Below, piece after piece: positions 50,965 to 64,000 of a DNA stretch of 64,000 nucleotides (its first letter is position 1; each line of letters opens with the position of its first letter). The stretch comes from an uncultured archaeon A07HR67. Its GTDB lineage: Archaea > Halobacteriota > Halobacteria > Halobacteriales > Haloferacaceae. The notes under the pieces are model-generated. The model saw only the letters and a program-made list of their open reading frames with translations. It was not told where the DNA came from and did not search any database. The stretch covers positions 462,470-526,469 of the forward strand of contig KI543168.1 in the NCBI GenBank assembly GCA_000496175.1, in the 5' to 3' direction. Made by a program: the position numbers and the translations under genes.

Positions 50965-51780
50965 TCAGAGGTCGTCGCGCTCGAACTTCAACAGGCCGAA
51001 AAGCGGCGGCGCGAGCGTCCAGAACAACAACATCGCGACCGCCGAAATCTGTTGGTTCACCTGGTCGCCGGAGAACAACTGGTCGGCGAGAAACGCGTTC
51101 GCCAACACCTCGACGCCGGCCGTTGGGTTGGCGACGTCGAGAAACGTCCGGATCTCACCCATCGAGACCGGCAACGCCTCGATGGGCCCCCCGAACGCGC
51201 CGATCACCCGACCGGTGAACAGCCCCCACATCAGAACGAAGAGCGCGTACACCGTGATGCCGGCGATCAGCGCGCGTTGTTGGGTCGCCACCGCGGCCGA
51301 ACACCCGACCGCGATGGCGACGAACACCACGCCGAGCGCCGCCGCGAAGACGGTGTAGCCGAGATACGACCCGGCGTTGAACGTCACCGGGGTGGCGACC
51401 AACACGATCGCGGGCAGGAGGAAGCCGGCGAGCGTCGCCAGCGCCAGCGCCGCGCCTCGGCCGGCGACCTTCCCGAAGACGACGTCGGCTCGCGAGTGGG
51501 GCAACGAGAGGAGCAGTTTCAACGAGCCGGACTCGCGCTCGCCGCTCACCGCGTTGTAGCCGACGACGACTCCGACGAGCGGGACCAGCCCGGTCACGAG
51601 CACCGGGCCGACGAAGGCGCTCAACAGGAGCTCCGTCGCGAACTGGTCGGCCTGTCCCTGCGGCCGAATGACGTACGCGAACACGGCCACGAGCAGCGAG
51701 AACAACGCGACGAGAACGACCATCCCGCGCGAGCGAACCGTGTCCTGAAAATCCTTCTTTGCGACCGCCGGGAGGCTCAT
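50965..51780 (-). CDS. ABC-2 type permease
   Basis: ERESGSLKLLLSLPHSR, GK motif, about 6 TM. Confidence 0.92.
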   Translation of the reverse strand: MSLPAVAKKDFQDTVRSRGMVVLVALFSLLVAVFAYVIRPQGQADQFATELLLSAFVGPVLVTGLVPLVGVVVGYNAVSGERESGSLKLLLSLPHSRADVVFGKVAGRGAALALATLAGFLLPAIVLVATPVTFNAGSYLGYTVFAAALGVVFVAIAVGCSAAVATQQRALIAGITVYALFVLMWGLFTGRVIGAFGGPIEALPVSMGEIRTFLDVANPTAGVEVLANAFLADQLFSGDQVNQQISAVAMLLFWTLAPPLFGLLKFERDDL

Positions 51781-52772
51781 CCGTCCACCTCCTCCGGTCG
51801 AGCAGGCGATCCCTCGGCCGTGTCGTCGGCTGTCGCCTCGGCTGCCTCGGAGTCTTCGTCGGGTGTCGTCTCCCCCTCCGTGTACGCCAAGAAGAGGTCT
51901 TCGAGCGACGCCTCCGTCGTGTGGAAGTCGTCGACGACGGCGCCGGCGTCCTCGGCCGCGGCGATAACCTGCGTTTTCACGTCCGGCTCACAGCTCACGG
52001 CGAGCGTGTCGGTGTCGGCGTCGACGGCCGAGACGCCGGCGACCGCACGCACCGCGTCAACGACCGGGTCGGTCGCGTCGTCGACGGTGACCTCCAACGT
52101 CTCCTCGCCGCCGACGGCCGCCCGAAGCCCCTCAATCGAGTCCTCGGCGACGAGCTCGCCCGCCCGGAGGATCCCCACGCGGTCACAGACGGCTTCGACC
52201 TGCGCGAGCACGTGTGAGGAGAAGAACACCGTAGTGCCGCGGTCCGCCTCCGCAGAGACGATTTCGCGCATGTCTTTCACCCCCGCGGGATCGAGCCCCG
52301 AAGAGGGCTCGTCGAGGATCAACAGATCGGGGTCGCCGACGAGCGCCATCGCCAACGCGAGCCGTTGTTGCATCCCCTTGGAGTAGCCGCCGGCCGTGCG
52401 GTCGGCGTCCTCGAGAAGGCCGACGCGGTCGAGGACGGGATCGGGCTCGACGTCGAGCCCCTTCGACTCGATGGCGAACTCGACGTGTTTTCGCCCGGAG
52501 AGCCGGTCGTAAACGGAGAAGCCGTCGGGAAGGACGCCGGTCTGCCGCCGGATCTCGACGCTGTCGACGGTGGCGTCGCGCCCGAGCACCGTCACCGTTC
52601 CCTCGGTCGGTCGAACCAGGTCCAACACCATGTCGATGGTCGTCGACTTGCCGGCTCCGTTGGGGCCGAGAAAGCCGTATACCTCGCCCTCCTCGACGGT
52701 GAGGTCGAGGTCGGACACGGCCGTGACGCCCGGGAACTCCTTCGTCACGCCGCGCAGCTCGATGGCGGTCAT
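51777..52772 (-). CDS. ABC transporter ATPase
   Basis: GPNGAGKS, YSKGMQQR, LDEPSSG, SSH. Confidence 0.94.
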   Translation of the reverse strand: MTAIELRGVTKEFPGVTAVSDLDLTVEEGEVYGFLGPNGAGKSTTIDMVLDLVRPTEGTVTVLGRDATVDSVEIRRQTGVLPDGFSVYDRLSGRKHVEFAIESKGLDVEPDPVLDRVGLLEDADRTAGGYSKGMQQRLALAMALVGDPDLLILDEPSSGLDPAGVKDMREIVSAEADRGTTVFFSSHVLAQVEAVCDRVGILRAGELVAEDSIEGLRAAVGGEETLEVTVDDATDPVVDAVRAVAGVSAVDADTDTLAVSCEPDVKTQVIAAAEDAGAVVDDFHTTEASLEDLFLAYTEGETTPDEDSEAAEATADDTAEGSPARPEEVDG

Positions 52773-52822
52773 ATCCCCCGTTCCGGTGGCATCAGATAAA
52801 GGGTTGTGGCTTGCCGCCGTCG

Positions 52823-56043
<3,221 letters not shown>

Positions 56044-56062
56044 GCCGGGTCGGCAGCAGCCG

Positions 56063-56755
56063 TCAGTCCGATTCCTCCGTCGCGTACCGTTCGACGGCGT
56101 CCTCGTACCCCCGGACGGCGGTCTCGTACGTCTCCCGGAGGTCGGCGATCGGCGTCTCGGTGGCGTCGACCCGAAGGTCGTTGTAGTAGCGGTCGACGCG
56201 CTCGTCGGCCTCGGTGGTGGTCACCCGCAGCGCGGCCGATTGTACGGGGAGGTCGTCGCGTTTGTCGCCGCCGGCGGCGTGGCCTGCCGCGAGCGCGTCG
56301 ACCAGCCGCTCGGCGAGCCGTGCCGTGCCGTGAGCGGTCGACTCGTAGGCGGCCGCGACATCGTCGACCACCGCGGGGCCGTCGAGGAGGTTGCCGGCGA
56401 CGGTGTAGTTCTCCCCGACCGTCTGGCCGTACCAGTCGCCACACGCCTCCCCGGAGAAGGCGAAGGTGTCCTCGGCGTCCACGCCGTGGAGTTGTCGGCG
56501 GTCGCGCCCCTCGTCGGCGTTCAACAACGCGTCGAGCGCGTCGTCGACGGCGACTCCGTCGGCGAGGTACGCGATCCCCTTGCGGCCGAGTTCGACGTTG
56601 ACGCGCGATTGTGTCGCCACCGCGCCGTCGGCGGAGGCGAACGGACAGAGCGTGCCGACGCCGGGCAGTCGCGTCGTCACCGCCACGCCGAACCGAACCT
56701 GGTCATCGCCCGCGTCGTCGGTGTATCGCTCGCGGACGCAGATGCTGAACGTCAC
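56063..56755 (-). CDS. DUF1028 Ntn-hydrolase-like protein
   Basis: (M)TFSI, GAVATQS, AGNLL, AGGDKR, QSAAL, DLRVD. Confidence 0.9.
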   Translation of the reverse strand: MTFSICVRERYTDDAGDDQVRFGVAVTTRLPGVGTLCPFASADGAVATQSRVNVELGRKGIAYLADGVAVDDALDALLNADEGRDRRQLHGVDAEDTFAFSGEACGDWYGQTVGENYTVAGNLLDGPAVVDDVAAAYESTAHGTARLAERLVDALAAGHAAGGDKRDDLPVQSAALRVTTTEADERVDRYYNDLRVDATETPIADLRETYETAVRGYEDAVERYATEESD

Positions 56756-57139
56756 GCCACGCGGTCGGGCCGCGACCCGCAAAAGGCTACCCGTGGCGGC
56801 ACACCGCCGGGGGCATATGGCCGAGCGGCGGCGTGGATTTCACGGCGTGTACTTAAACCCCGCTGACGGGCTCACACCGCATTCGGCGCGAGGGCGGCCG
56901 TAGCAGGCGATTGTGATCGGAGGTGCGTGTCAACTGGCGACACGCTTATTACTGTCACACCCTCCCATACATATAGCCTCGGTAACGGGCCGGGAACGAG
57001 AACCTCCGCGCGTTGGGTCCCGACGGTGTGACGACCACGGCGCCGCCGGGGAGGATATCGTCGGCACGGAGAGCCACGCGTTAGTCTCACGATGTCGACA
57101 GGAGCGTGCTCGAACCACCCGTCCGAGACAAGTGATACG

Positions 57140-59215
57140 ATGTCAGAGAGACAAACGCTCGAACGACTCAGCGAGGAGTACCGGACGGGAGTCCCCGACG
57201 ACCTGCGGGAGCCGCGTTCGTTCGACTGGTATCTCGACGCGCTGTACGACGACCCGCGGATCGCACGAAACGCACATCAGCGCGTCGCAGACATGTTCGA
57301 TTACTACGGAACGCGCTACGACGAGGAGCGCGGCGTCGTCGAGTACTCGCTCGCCGCCGACGACCCGCTCCACGACGGCGAGAACGTCTTCTACGGCCGC
57401 GAGGTGCACGAATCGATCCACGAGTTCGTCAACAAGGTGAAATCCGGCGCGCGCGGGCTGGGCCCGGAAAAACGGATCAAGCTGCTGTTGGGGCCGGTCG
57501 GCTCCGGCAAGTCGCACTTCGATTACCTCACGCGCCGGTACTTCGAGGCGTACACCCGCGAGGAGGCCGGTCGGATGTACACGTTCCGGTGGACCGACCT
57601 CCGGTCGGTCATCGACGACCAAGACCCCGACGACGACACGGTGCGGTCGCCGATGAACCAAGACCCGCTGGTGTTGCTCCCGAAAGAACAACGCGCAGCC
57701 GTCATCGACGACCTCAACGAGCGGCTCGACGCCCCCTACACCCTCGAGAACGACCAGCATCCCGACCCGGCGTCGGAGTTCTACCTCAACGAACTGTTGG
57801 CCCACTACGACGACGACCTCCAGGCGGTGTTAGAAAACCACGTCGAGGTGATCCGGCTCGTCGCCAGCGAGAACCGCCGGGAGTGTATCGAGACGTTCGA
57901 GCCGAAAGACAAGAAGAACCAGGACGAAACCGAACTCACCGGCGACGTGAACTACGCTAAACTCGCCGTCTACGGCGAGTCTGACCCCCGCGCGTTCGAC
58001 TACGCCGGGGCGTTTTGTAACGCGAACCGCGGACTGTTCTCCGGCGAGGAGTTGTTGAAACTCCAGCGCGAGTTCCTCTACGACTTCCTACACGCCTCTC
58101 AGGAGGGGACGATCAAGCCGAAGAACAACCCGCGGATCGACATCGACCAGGTGATCGTCGGCCGGACCAACATGCCGGAGTACCGCGAGAAGACCGGCGA
58201 CGAGAAGATGGAGGCGTTCAACGACCGCACCAAGCGGATCGACTACCCGTACGTCTTGGAGTACGAAAGCGAGTCCGAGATTTACGGGAAGATGCTCGAC
58301 AACGCCGACGTCCCCAACGTCCACGTCGAGCCGCACACTTTGAAGATGGCCGGACTCTTCGGCGTGTTGACCCGGCTCGAAGAGCCGACAGACGAGACGG
58401 TGAGTCTTCTCGAGAAGGCGAAGGTGTACAACGGCGAGTTGGAAGACGAGGAGATCGACCGTCGGAAGCTCCGCGAGGACGCCGCCGAGTCCGCGGACAT
58501 CGGCGAGGGGATGGAGGGCGTCTCCGCGCGGTTCATCGGCGACGAGATCGCCGAAGCGATCATGGACGCCACCCACCGCGACCGGTCGCACCTCTCGCCG
58601 TTGTCGGTGTTCGACCACTTCGAGGCGAACCTCGGCGGCCACGGCTCGATCGCCGCCGACGACCTCGGCCGCTACGAGCGGCTCCTCGATACGGTTCGCG
58701 AGGAGTACCGCGACCGCGCCATCGAGGACGTTCGCCACGCGCTGGCGTACGACGTGGACGAGCTCCGCCGGCAGGGCGAAAAGTACATGGACCACGTGAT
58801 GGCGTACATCGACGACGCTACCGTCGACGACGAGCTCACCGGCCGCGAGACGGAGCCCGACGAGACGTTCATGCGGGCGGTCGAAGAACAGCTCGACATC
58901 CCCTCCGACCGCAAGGATGACTTCCGGCAGGAGGTGTCGAACTGGGTGTCTCGGCGCGCCCGCGAGGGCCGCGACTTCGACCCACAGGAGAACGACCGGC
59001 TCCGGCGCGCGCTGGAGCGCAAGCTGTGGGAGGATAAAAAGCACAACATCAACTTCTCGGCGCTGGTCTCGGCGACGGACCTCGACGAGGAGGAGCGCAG
59101 CGCCTGGGTCGACGCCTTGGTCGACCGCGGCTACTCCGAGGAAGGAGCCGGCGAGGTGCTCGAGTACGCGGGCGCGGCGGTCGCCCGCTCGGAGATCGAG
59201 GAGGGCGGAGACTGA
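57140..59215 (+). CDS. prkA: PrkA/YeaG family AAA+ protein 1
   Basis: RNAHQR, GPVGSGKS, SDPRAF, ANRG. Confidence 0.93.
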   Translation: MSERQTLERLSEEYRTGVPDDLREPRSFDWYLDALYDDPRIARNAHQRVADMFDYYGTRYDEERGVVEYSLAADDPLHDGENVFYGREVHESIHEFVNKVKSGARGLGPEKRIKLLLGPVGSGKSHFDYLTRRYFEAYTREEAGRMYTFRWTDLRSVIDDQDPDDDTVRSPMNQDPLVLLPKEQRAAVIDDLNERLDAPYTLENDQHPDPASEFYLNELLAHYDDDLQAVLENHVEVIRLVASENRRECIETFEPKDKKNQDETELTGDVNYAKLAVYGESDPRAFDYAGAFCNANRGLFSGEELLKLQREFLYDFLHASQEGTIKPKNNPRIDIDQVIVGRTNMPEYREKTGDEKMEAFNDRTKRIDYPYVLEYESESEIYGKMLDNADVPNVHVEPHTLKMAGLFGVLTRLEEPTDETVSLLEKAKVYNGELEDEEIDRRKLREDAAESADIGEGMEGVSARFIGDEIAEAIMDATHRDRSHLSPLSVFDHFEANLGGHGSIAADDLGRYERLLDTVREEYRDRAIEDVRHALAYDVDELRRQGEKYMDHVMAYIDDATVDDELTGRETEPDETFMRAVEEQLDIPSDRKDDFRQEVSNWVSRRAREGRDFDPQENDRLRRALERKLWEDKKHNINFSALVSATDLDEEERSAWVDALVDRGYSEEGAGEVLEYAGAAVARSEIEEGGD

Positions 59216-59263
59216 GATGCTCGCGAGACGCCGAGACGCGGACCGTCGCACGAGGACGCCGCC

Positions 59264-61627
59264 ATGACCGGGACCGACGCCGGCGGCGAGGCGTTCTTGC
59301 GCGAGGCCGACGAGAGCCTCCGCGGGGCGTACGACCCGCCGATGAGCCTCGAGGCGTACGTCGACCGGGTTCTCGAGAACCCGCTGGCGGCCGCCTCGGG
59401 GGCCCGATACGTGCTCGCGGCGATCGAGTCACAGGGAACTCGAGAGGTGACAGAACGCGGCGAGCGGCTCGACCGGTATCGGTTCTTCGACGACCCGTTC
59501 AACGACGGCGAACACGCGGTGTTGGGCAACACCGCTGCGCTCAACGCCTTCGTCGACGACCTGCGAGCGGCCGCGGCGGGCCGCGGGAACGACGAGACCA
59601 TCGTCTGGATCGACGGGCCGACGGCCACCGGCAAATCGGAGTTCAAGCGGTGTCTGATAAACGGCCTCCGGGAGTTCTCCCGGACAGATCGCGGCCGTCG
59701 GTACACGCTCGAGTGGAACGTCACCGGAGCGGGCGGCTCCAACCGCTCGTTGTCGTACGGCAGCGGCGCCGACGCCGCGGCGTGGTACCGCAGCCCGGTC
59801 CAATCGCACCCGTTGTCCGTCTTCCCCGACGACGTGCGGACGGAGATCGCAGAGACCGTCGCCGACGAGGCGGCCTACCCGATCGTCGCGGACGTGGAGC
59901 TCGACCCGTTCAGCCGCGAGGCGTACGACCACCTGGAATCGGCGTACCGCGACGAGGGACGGCGAGACCTCTTTTCGGCGATCACCGACCGCGACCACCT
60001 GCGGGTGACGAGCTACGTGGTCGACGTCGGTCAGGGGATCGGCGTGCTCCACGCCGAGGACGACGGAAGCCCGAAAGAACGGCTCGTCGGCTCGTGGATG
60101 GGCGGCATGCTCCGCGAGCTCGACTCGCGCGGCCGCAAGAACCCCCAGGCGTTCAGTTACGACGGCGTGCTCTCGCAGGGTAACGGCGTCGCCACCGTCG
60201 TCGAGGACGCGAGCCAACACGCCGACCTGCTCCGGCAGCTGCTCAACGTGCCCGACGAGCGGCGGGTCAAACTCGACAAGGGGATCGGGATGGACGTCGA
60301 CACCCAGCTGATCGTGATCTCGAACCCCGACCTCGACGCCGAGCTCGATCGGCACGCCGACCGCGAGGGGGCCGACCCGCTCAAGGCGCTCAAGCGCCGT
60401 CTCACCCGCCACGAGTTCCGGTACCTCACCAACCGCCGGCTGGAGGCCGCGTTGTTGCGCCGAGAGGTCACCGGCCGGACCACGGTGCCGGGGATCGCAC
60501 GCGACAGCGCCGACCGCGAGGATCGGAGCCCGGACGACGACCACGTGCGCGCCCCGCTCACGGTCACCGTCCGCGACGACGACGGCACGGAACGGAGCCG
60601 CGAGCTCGCGCCACACGCCATCAGCGCGGCGGCGTTGTACGCGGTCGTCACGCGGCTCGACACCGACGACCTGCCCGCCGACATCGACCTCGTCGAGAAG
60701 GCGCGGCTGTACGAGGACGGCGAGATCCGTCGCGACGGCGACGTCATCGTCATCGACGACATCGACTTCGGCAACGGCGACGGGCGGACGGGGATCCCCG
60801 TCACGTACACCCGCGATACGGTCGCAGACCTGCTCGGCAGCGAGACCGACCGGAGCCACCCGGAGCTGCCCGTCGAGCGCGTCATCACCCCACAGGACGT
60901 GTTGGAGGCGATGGCGGACGGGCTCTCCGACGCGCCGGTGTTCTCGCGGGCCGAGGTCGCGGAGTTCGAGAGCCGGCGTCCGCCGGTCGGCGAGCGGATT
61001 CGCGAACGGCAGCGCGAGGACGTCGTCGACGCGGCGCTGGCGGCGGAGACGGTCGCGACCGAGACGGTCGCGGAGTACGTCGAACACGTGTACGCGTGGG
61101 ACGCCGACGAGCCGGTCGAGACCGAGCGGGGCCCAACGGAGCCCGACGCGCTCGCGATGAAGGTGTTCGAGACGGAGACGCTGGGGCGGTTCGACGAGGA
61201 CGAGTATCGCGGAACGGACCCCAGCCGCGCGGTCGCGGAGTTCCGCCGCGAGAAGGTGATCCGAGCGCTCACCCGCTACGCGTGGCGGAACCGCGGAGAT
61301 GGGTTCAGCGTCAACGATGTCGAACTCGAGGCGATCCCCGAGCTGAAGGCGGTGTTGGAGGCGAACGACTTGGCGGACCTGAAACGCCGGTTCCCCGAAC
61401 TCGACCCGGCGGAGTGGGCCGACCCGCCGGCGGACACGGAGACCGCACGGGTGAAGGCGGCGACGATCGACCGGCTGGAAGACCGCGGATACAGCCGGGC
61501 GTCCGCCGAGCTGACCAGCCGCGCCGTGATGCGCGACGCCCGCGACGAGTGGGCCGAACTGGCGACCGACGGAGACGGCTCCGGCGGCTGGAACGGGTCG
61601 GCCGGGCGCCGCGGAGGTGGTCGCTGA
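59264..61627 (+). CDS. PrkA/YeaG family AAA+ protein 2
   Basis: [25 protein letters not shown]. Confidence 0.88.
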   Translation: MTGTDAGGEAFLREADESLRGAYDPPMSLEAYVDRVLENPLAAASGARYVLAAIESQGTREVTERGERLDRYRFFDDPFNDGEHAVLGNTAALNAFVDDLRAAAAGRGNDETIVWIDGPTATGKSEFKRCLINGLREFSRTDRGRRYTLEWNVTGAGGSNRSLSYGSGADAAAWYRSPVQSHPLSVFPDDVRTEIAETVADEAAYPIVADVELDPFSREAYDHLESAYRDEGRRDLFSAITDRDHLRVTSYVVDVGQGIGVLHAEDDGSPKERLVGSWMGGMLRELDSRGRKNPQAFSYDGVLSQGNGVATVVEDASQHADLLRQLLNVPDERRVKLDKGIGMDVDTQLIVISNPDLDAELDRHADREGADPLKALKRRLTRHEFRYLTNRRLEAALLRREVTGRTTVPGIARDSADREDRSPDDDHVRAPLTVTVRDDDGTERSRELAPHAISAAALYAVVTRLDTDDLPADIDLVEKARLYEDGEIRRDGDVIVIDDIDFGNGDGRTGIPVTYTRDTVADLLGSETDRSHPELPVERVITPQDVLEAMADGLSDAPVFSRAEVAEFESRRPPVGERIRERQREDVVDAALAAETVATETVAEYVEHVYAWDADEPVETERGPTEPDALAMKVFETETLGRFDEDEYRGTDPSRAVAEFRREKVIRALTRYAWRNRGDGFSVNDVELEAIPELKAVLEANDLADLKRRFPELDPAEWADPPADTETARVKAATIDRLEDRGYSRASAELTSRAVMRDARDEWAELATDGDGSGGWNGSAGRRGGGR

Positions 61628-62955
61628 TGGGGCTGCCCGAAGACCGCGAGCGGTTCCGCGAGGTGGGCGAGGCCCGTCGTGAGGACCTCGCCGAGTTCAT
61701 CCGCCACGGCAACCTCGGCGGCTCCGGTCCCGACCGGGTCCGGATCCCGATCAAGATCGTCGACCTCCCGACGTTCGAGTACGACCAGCGGGAGGCCGGC
61801 GGCGTCGGGCAGGGTGAGGACGGCCAGCCGCAGCCCGGCCAGCCCGTCGAGCCAGAACCCGGCGACGACGACGAGTCGGGCGAGCCCGGCGAGGAGGGCG
61901 ACGAACACGAGTACTACGAGATGGACCCCGAGGAGTTCGCTCGGGAGCTCGACGAGGAGCTCGGTCTCGACCTCGAGCCGAAGGGCAAACGCGTGGTAGA
62001 GGAGGTGGAAGGCGACTTCACCGACACCGCCCGCGCCGGCCCGAAGGGAACCCTCGACGTCGACGAGTTCTTCAAACGCGGGCTGAAACGCCACCTCGCG
62101 ACCGACTTCGACGAGTCGTACGTCCGCGAGGGGTTGTTCGTCGCGGGCGCGGACGCCGACGACGTCTTCGCGTGGGCCCGCGACCGGAACGTGCCCGTCT
62201 CACACGCGTGGGTCGCCGACGCGGCCGCGGAGGTCGAAGCCGAGCGCGGCGAGCCAGTCGAGGCGGCCGCCCGCTGGGAGAGCTTCGACCAGCTCGACGC
62301 GGAGTTGGACCGCAAGCCGGTGAGCCACCGGATCCGAAAGAACGGGATAGATAGCGTCCCCTTCCGCAGCGAGGACGAGCGCTTCCGGCACCCCGAGATC
62401 ATCGAGAAGCGCGAGCGCAACGTCGTCGTGGTGAACGTTCGGGACGCCTCCGGCTCGATGCGCGAAACCAAACGCGAGCTGGTCGAGCGGGTGTTCACGC
62501 CGATGGACTGGTACCTGACCGGCAAGTACGATTCCGCCGAGTTTCGGTACGTCGTCCACGACGCGGAGGCGTGGGAGGTCGACCGCGAGGAGTTCTTCGG
62601 CATCCAGTCGGGCGGCGGAACCCGGATCTCCAGCGCGTACGAGCTGGTCGAAGAAATTCTCGAGGAGTATCCGTTCAGCGAGTGGAACCGGTACGTGTTC
62701 GCCGCCGGCGACTCGGAGAACTCCGGCGACGACACGAAACAGGGGGTGATTCCCCGGATGCGGTCGATAGACGCCAACCTCCACGCGTACGTGGAGACCC
62801 AGCCCGGCGGAACCGCGCCGAACGCCCGCCACGCCGACGAGGTGGAGCGGACGCTCGGCGACGCCGACAACGTCGCCGTCGCGCGCGTCTCCGGGCCCGA
62901 CGACGTCACCGACGCCATCTACGAGGTACTGAGCACGGAGGACGGACGCGAATGA
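61627..62955 (+). CDS. YeaH/YhbH (DUF444) vWA-type protein
   Basis: [32 protein letters not shown]. Confidence 0.92.
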   Translation: MGLPEDRERFREVGEARREDLAEFIRHGNLGGSGPDRVRIPIKIVDLPTFEYDQREAGGVGQGEDGQPQPGQPVEPEPGDDDESGEPGEEGDEHEYYEMDPEEFARELDEELGLDLEPKGKRVVEEVEGDFTDTARAGPKGTLDVDEFFKRGLKRHLATDFDESYVREGLFVAGADADDVFAWARDRNVPVSHAWVADAAAEVEAERGEPVEAAARWESFDQLDAELDRKPVSHRIRKNGIDSVPFRSEDERFRHPEIIEKRERNVVVVNVRDASGSMRETKRELVERVFTPMDWYLTGKYDSAEFRYVVHDAEAWEVDREEFFGIQSGGGTRISSAYELVEEILEEYPFSEWNRYVFAAGDSENSGDDTKQGVIPRMRSIDANLHAYVETQPGGTAPNARHADEVERTLGDADNVAVARVSGPDDVTDAIYEVLSTEDGRE

Positions 62956-62968
62956 ACCGGAGGCTACC

Positions 62969-64000
62969 ATGAGAGACGACAGGCTCGAGGCGAAACGCGC
63001 GGCGGCGACGCTGGACGAGCCGGCCGCAGAGGCCAGAAACCTCGCCGAGCGGCTCGGACTCGACCCCTACCCGGTTCGGTACTGGGTGGTCGACCACGAC
63101 GAGATGAACGAGCTCATCGCCTACGGCGGGTTCCAGCGACGGTACCCCCACTGGCGATGGGGGATGAACTACGAGCGCCAGCGCCAGAAGGACCGCCACG
63201 GGTTGGGGAAGGCGTTCGAGATCGTTAACAACGACGATCCGAGCCACGCCTTTCTCCAGGAATCGAACACGACCGCCGACCAGAAGGCGGTGATCACCCA
63301 CGTCGAGGGACACGCCGACTTCTTCGCGAACAACGGCTGGTTCGGGCTGTACGCCGACCGCGGCGAGGACGGCCCGAATGCCGCGGCGCGGCTGGAACGC
63401 AACGCCGACCGGATCGCGGCGATCGCCGACCAGCCGGACGTCGACCGCGACGAGGTCGAGCGGCTGGTCGACGCGGTATCGGCGCTCGAAGACACGATCG
63501 ACCAGCACAGCCCGGTCGACGCCGCCCGCTCGACGGAGGAGCCAGGGGTCGCCGACGACGTGACCGACCCCGGAGAAGATCCGACCGCGGCGATCGAGGC
63601 GCGCATCGACGAGTTGGGCCTCTCCGAGGAGGTGCGCCGAGACATGTTCGACGACGAGTGGCTCGACGCCCAGGAGGGCGACGTCGGACCGGACGACCCC
63701 CGGCCCGACGTGCTCGCGTTCCTCCGGGATCACGGCAAACGGTACGACGAACAGACGGGGAAGGCAGTCGACCGCGAGCCGTGGGAGACCACCGTGATCG
63801 ACGCCGTCCGCGAGGAGGCGTACTACTTCGCGGGCCAGAAGGTGACGAAGGTGATGAACGAGGGCTGGGCCAGCTACTGGGAGGCGCTCATGATGGGCGG
63901 CGAAGGGTTCGCCAGCCCCGACGAGTTCCTCACCTACGCCGACCACATGTCTCGCGTGCTCGGCTCGCCCGGGCTCAACCCGTACAAGCTGGGGTTCGAG
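62969..64000 (+). CDS. SpoVR family protein (runs off window)
   Basis: Manual translation: RYPHWRWG, AFEIVNN, HVEGHADFF, TKVMNEGWASYW, NPYKLG. Confidence 0.92.
   Translation, partial: MRDDRLEAKRAAATLDEPAAEARNLAERLGLDPYPVRYWVVDHDEMNELIAYGGFQRRYPHWRWGMNYERQRQKDRHGLGKAFEIVNNDDPSHAFLQESNTTADQKAVITHVEGHADFFANNGWFGLYADRGEDGPNAAARLERNADRIAAIADQPDVDRDEVERLVDAVSALEDTIDQHSPVDAARSTEEPGVADDVTDPGEDPTAAIEARIDELGLSEEVRRDMFDDEWLDAQEGDVGPDDPRPDVLAFLRDHGKRYDEQTGKAVDREPWETTVIDAVREEAYYFAGQKVTKVMNEGWASYWEALMMGGEGFASPDEFLTYADHMSRVLGSPGLNPYKLGFE

Overview
Core chromosomal segment of a very GC-rich halophilic archaeon. The acidic proteome, TFB/TBP/PCNA/RadA/Orc1 genes and repeat style are consistent with a Halorubrum-like genome (inference). 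It holds about 58 CDS and I saw no rRNA, tRNA, CRISPR, transposase or provirus. Main blocks: the LysW/ArgW-type arginine cluster (argG-H, argW-X-C-B-D-E-F), hemL, an Amt-GlnK fusion, replication/repair genes (pcn, radA, XPD-like helicase, orc1, uvrB, ligA), transporters, and a prkA-prkA-yeaH-spoVR operon. The most notable unannotated signal is a pair of short Arg-rich ORFs, one before each arginine sub-operon, sharing a 15/16-nt in-frame motif encoding RRPxP; this is a candidate arginine-sensing leader-peptide system. Also noted: a promoter-proximal 29-codon uORF coupled to amt-glnK, a +1 frameshift at the 5' end of uvrB, a structured intergenic repeat with 57-bp tandem copies, and a 55-aa histone-fold gene missed by the ORF track. 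All calls come from reading the sequence; no searches were run.
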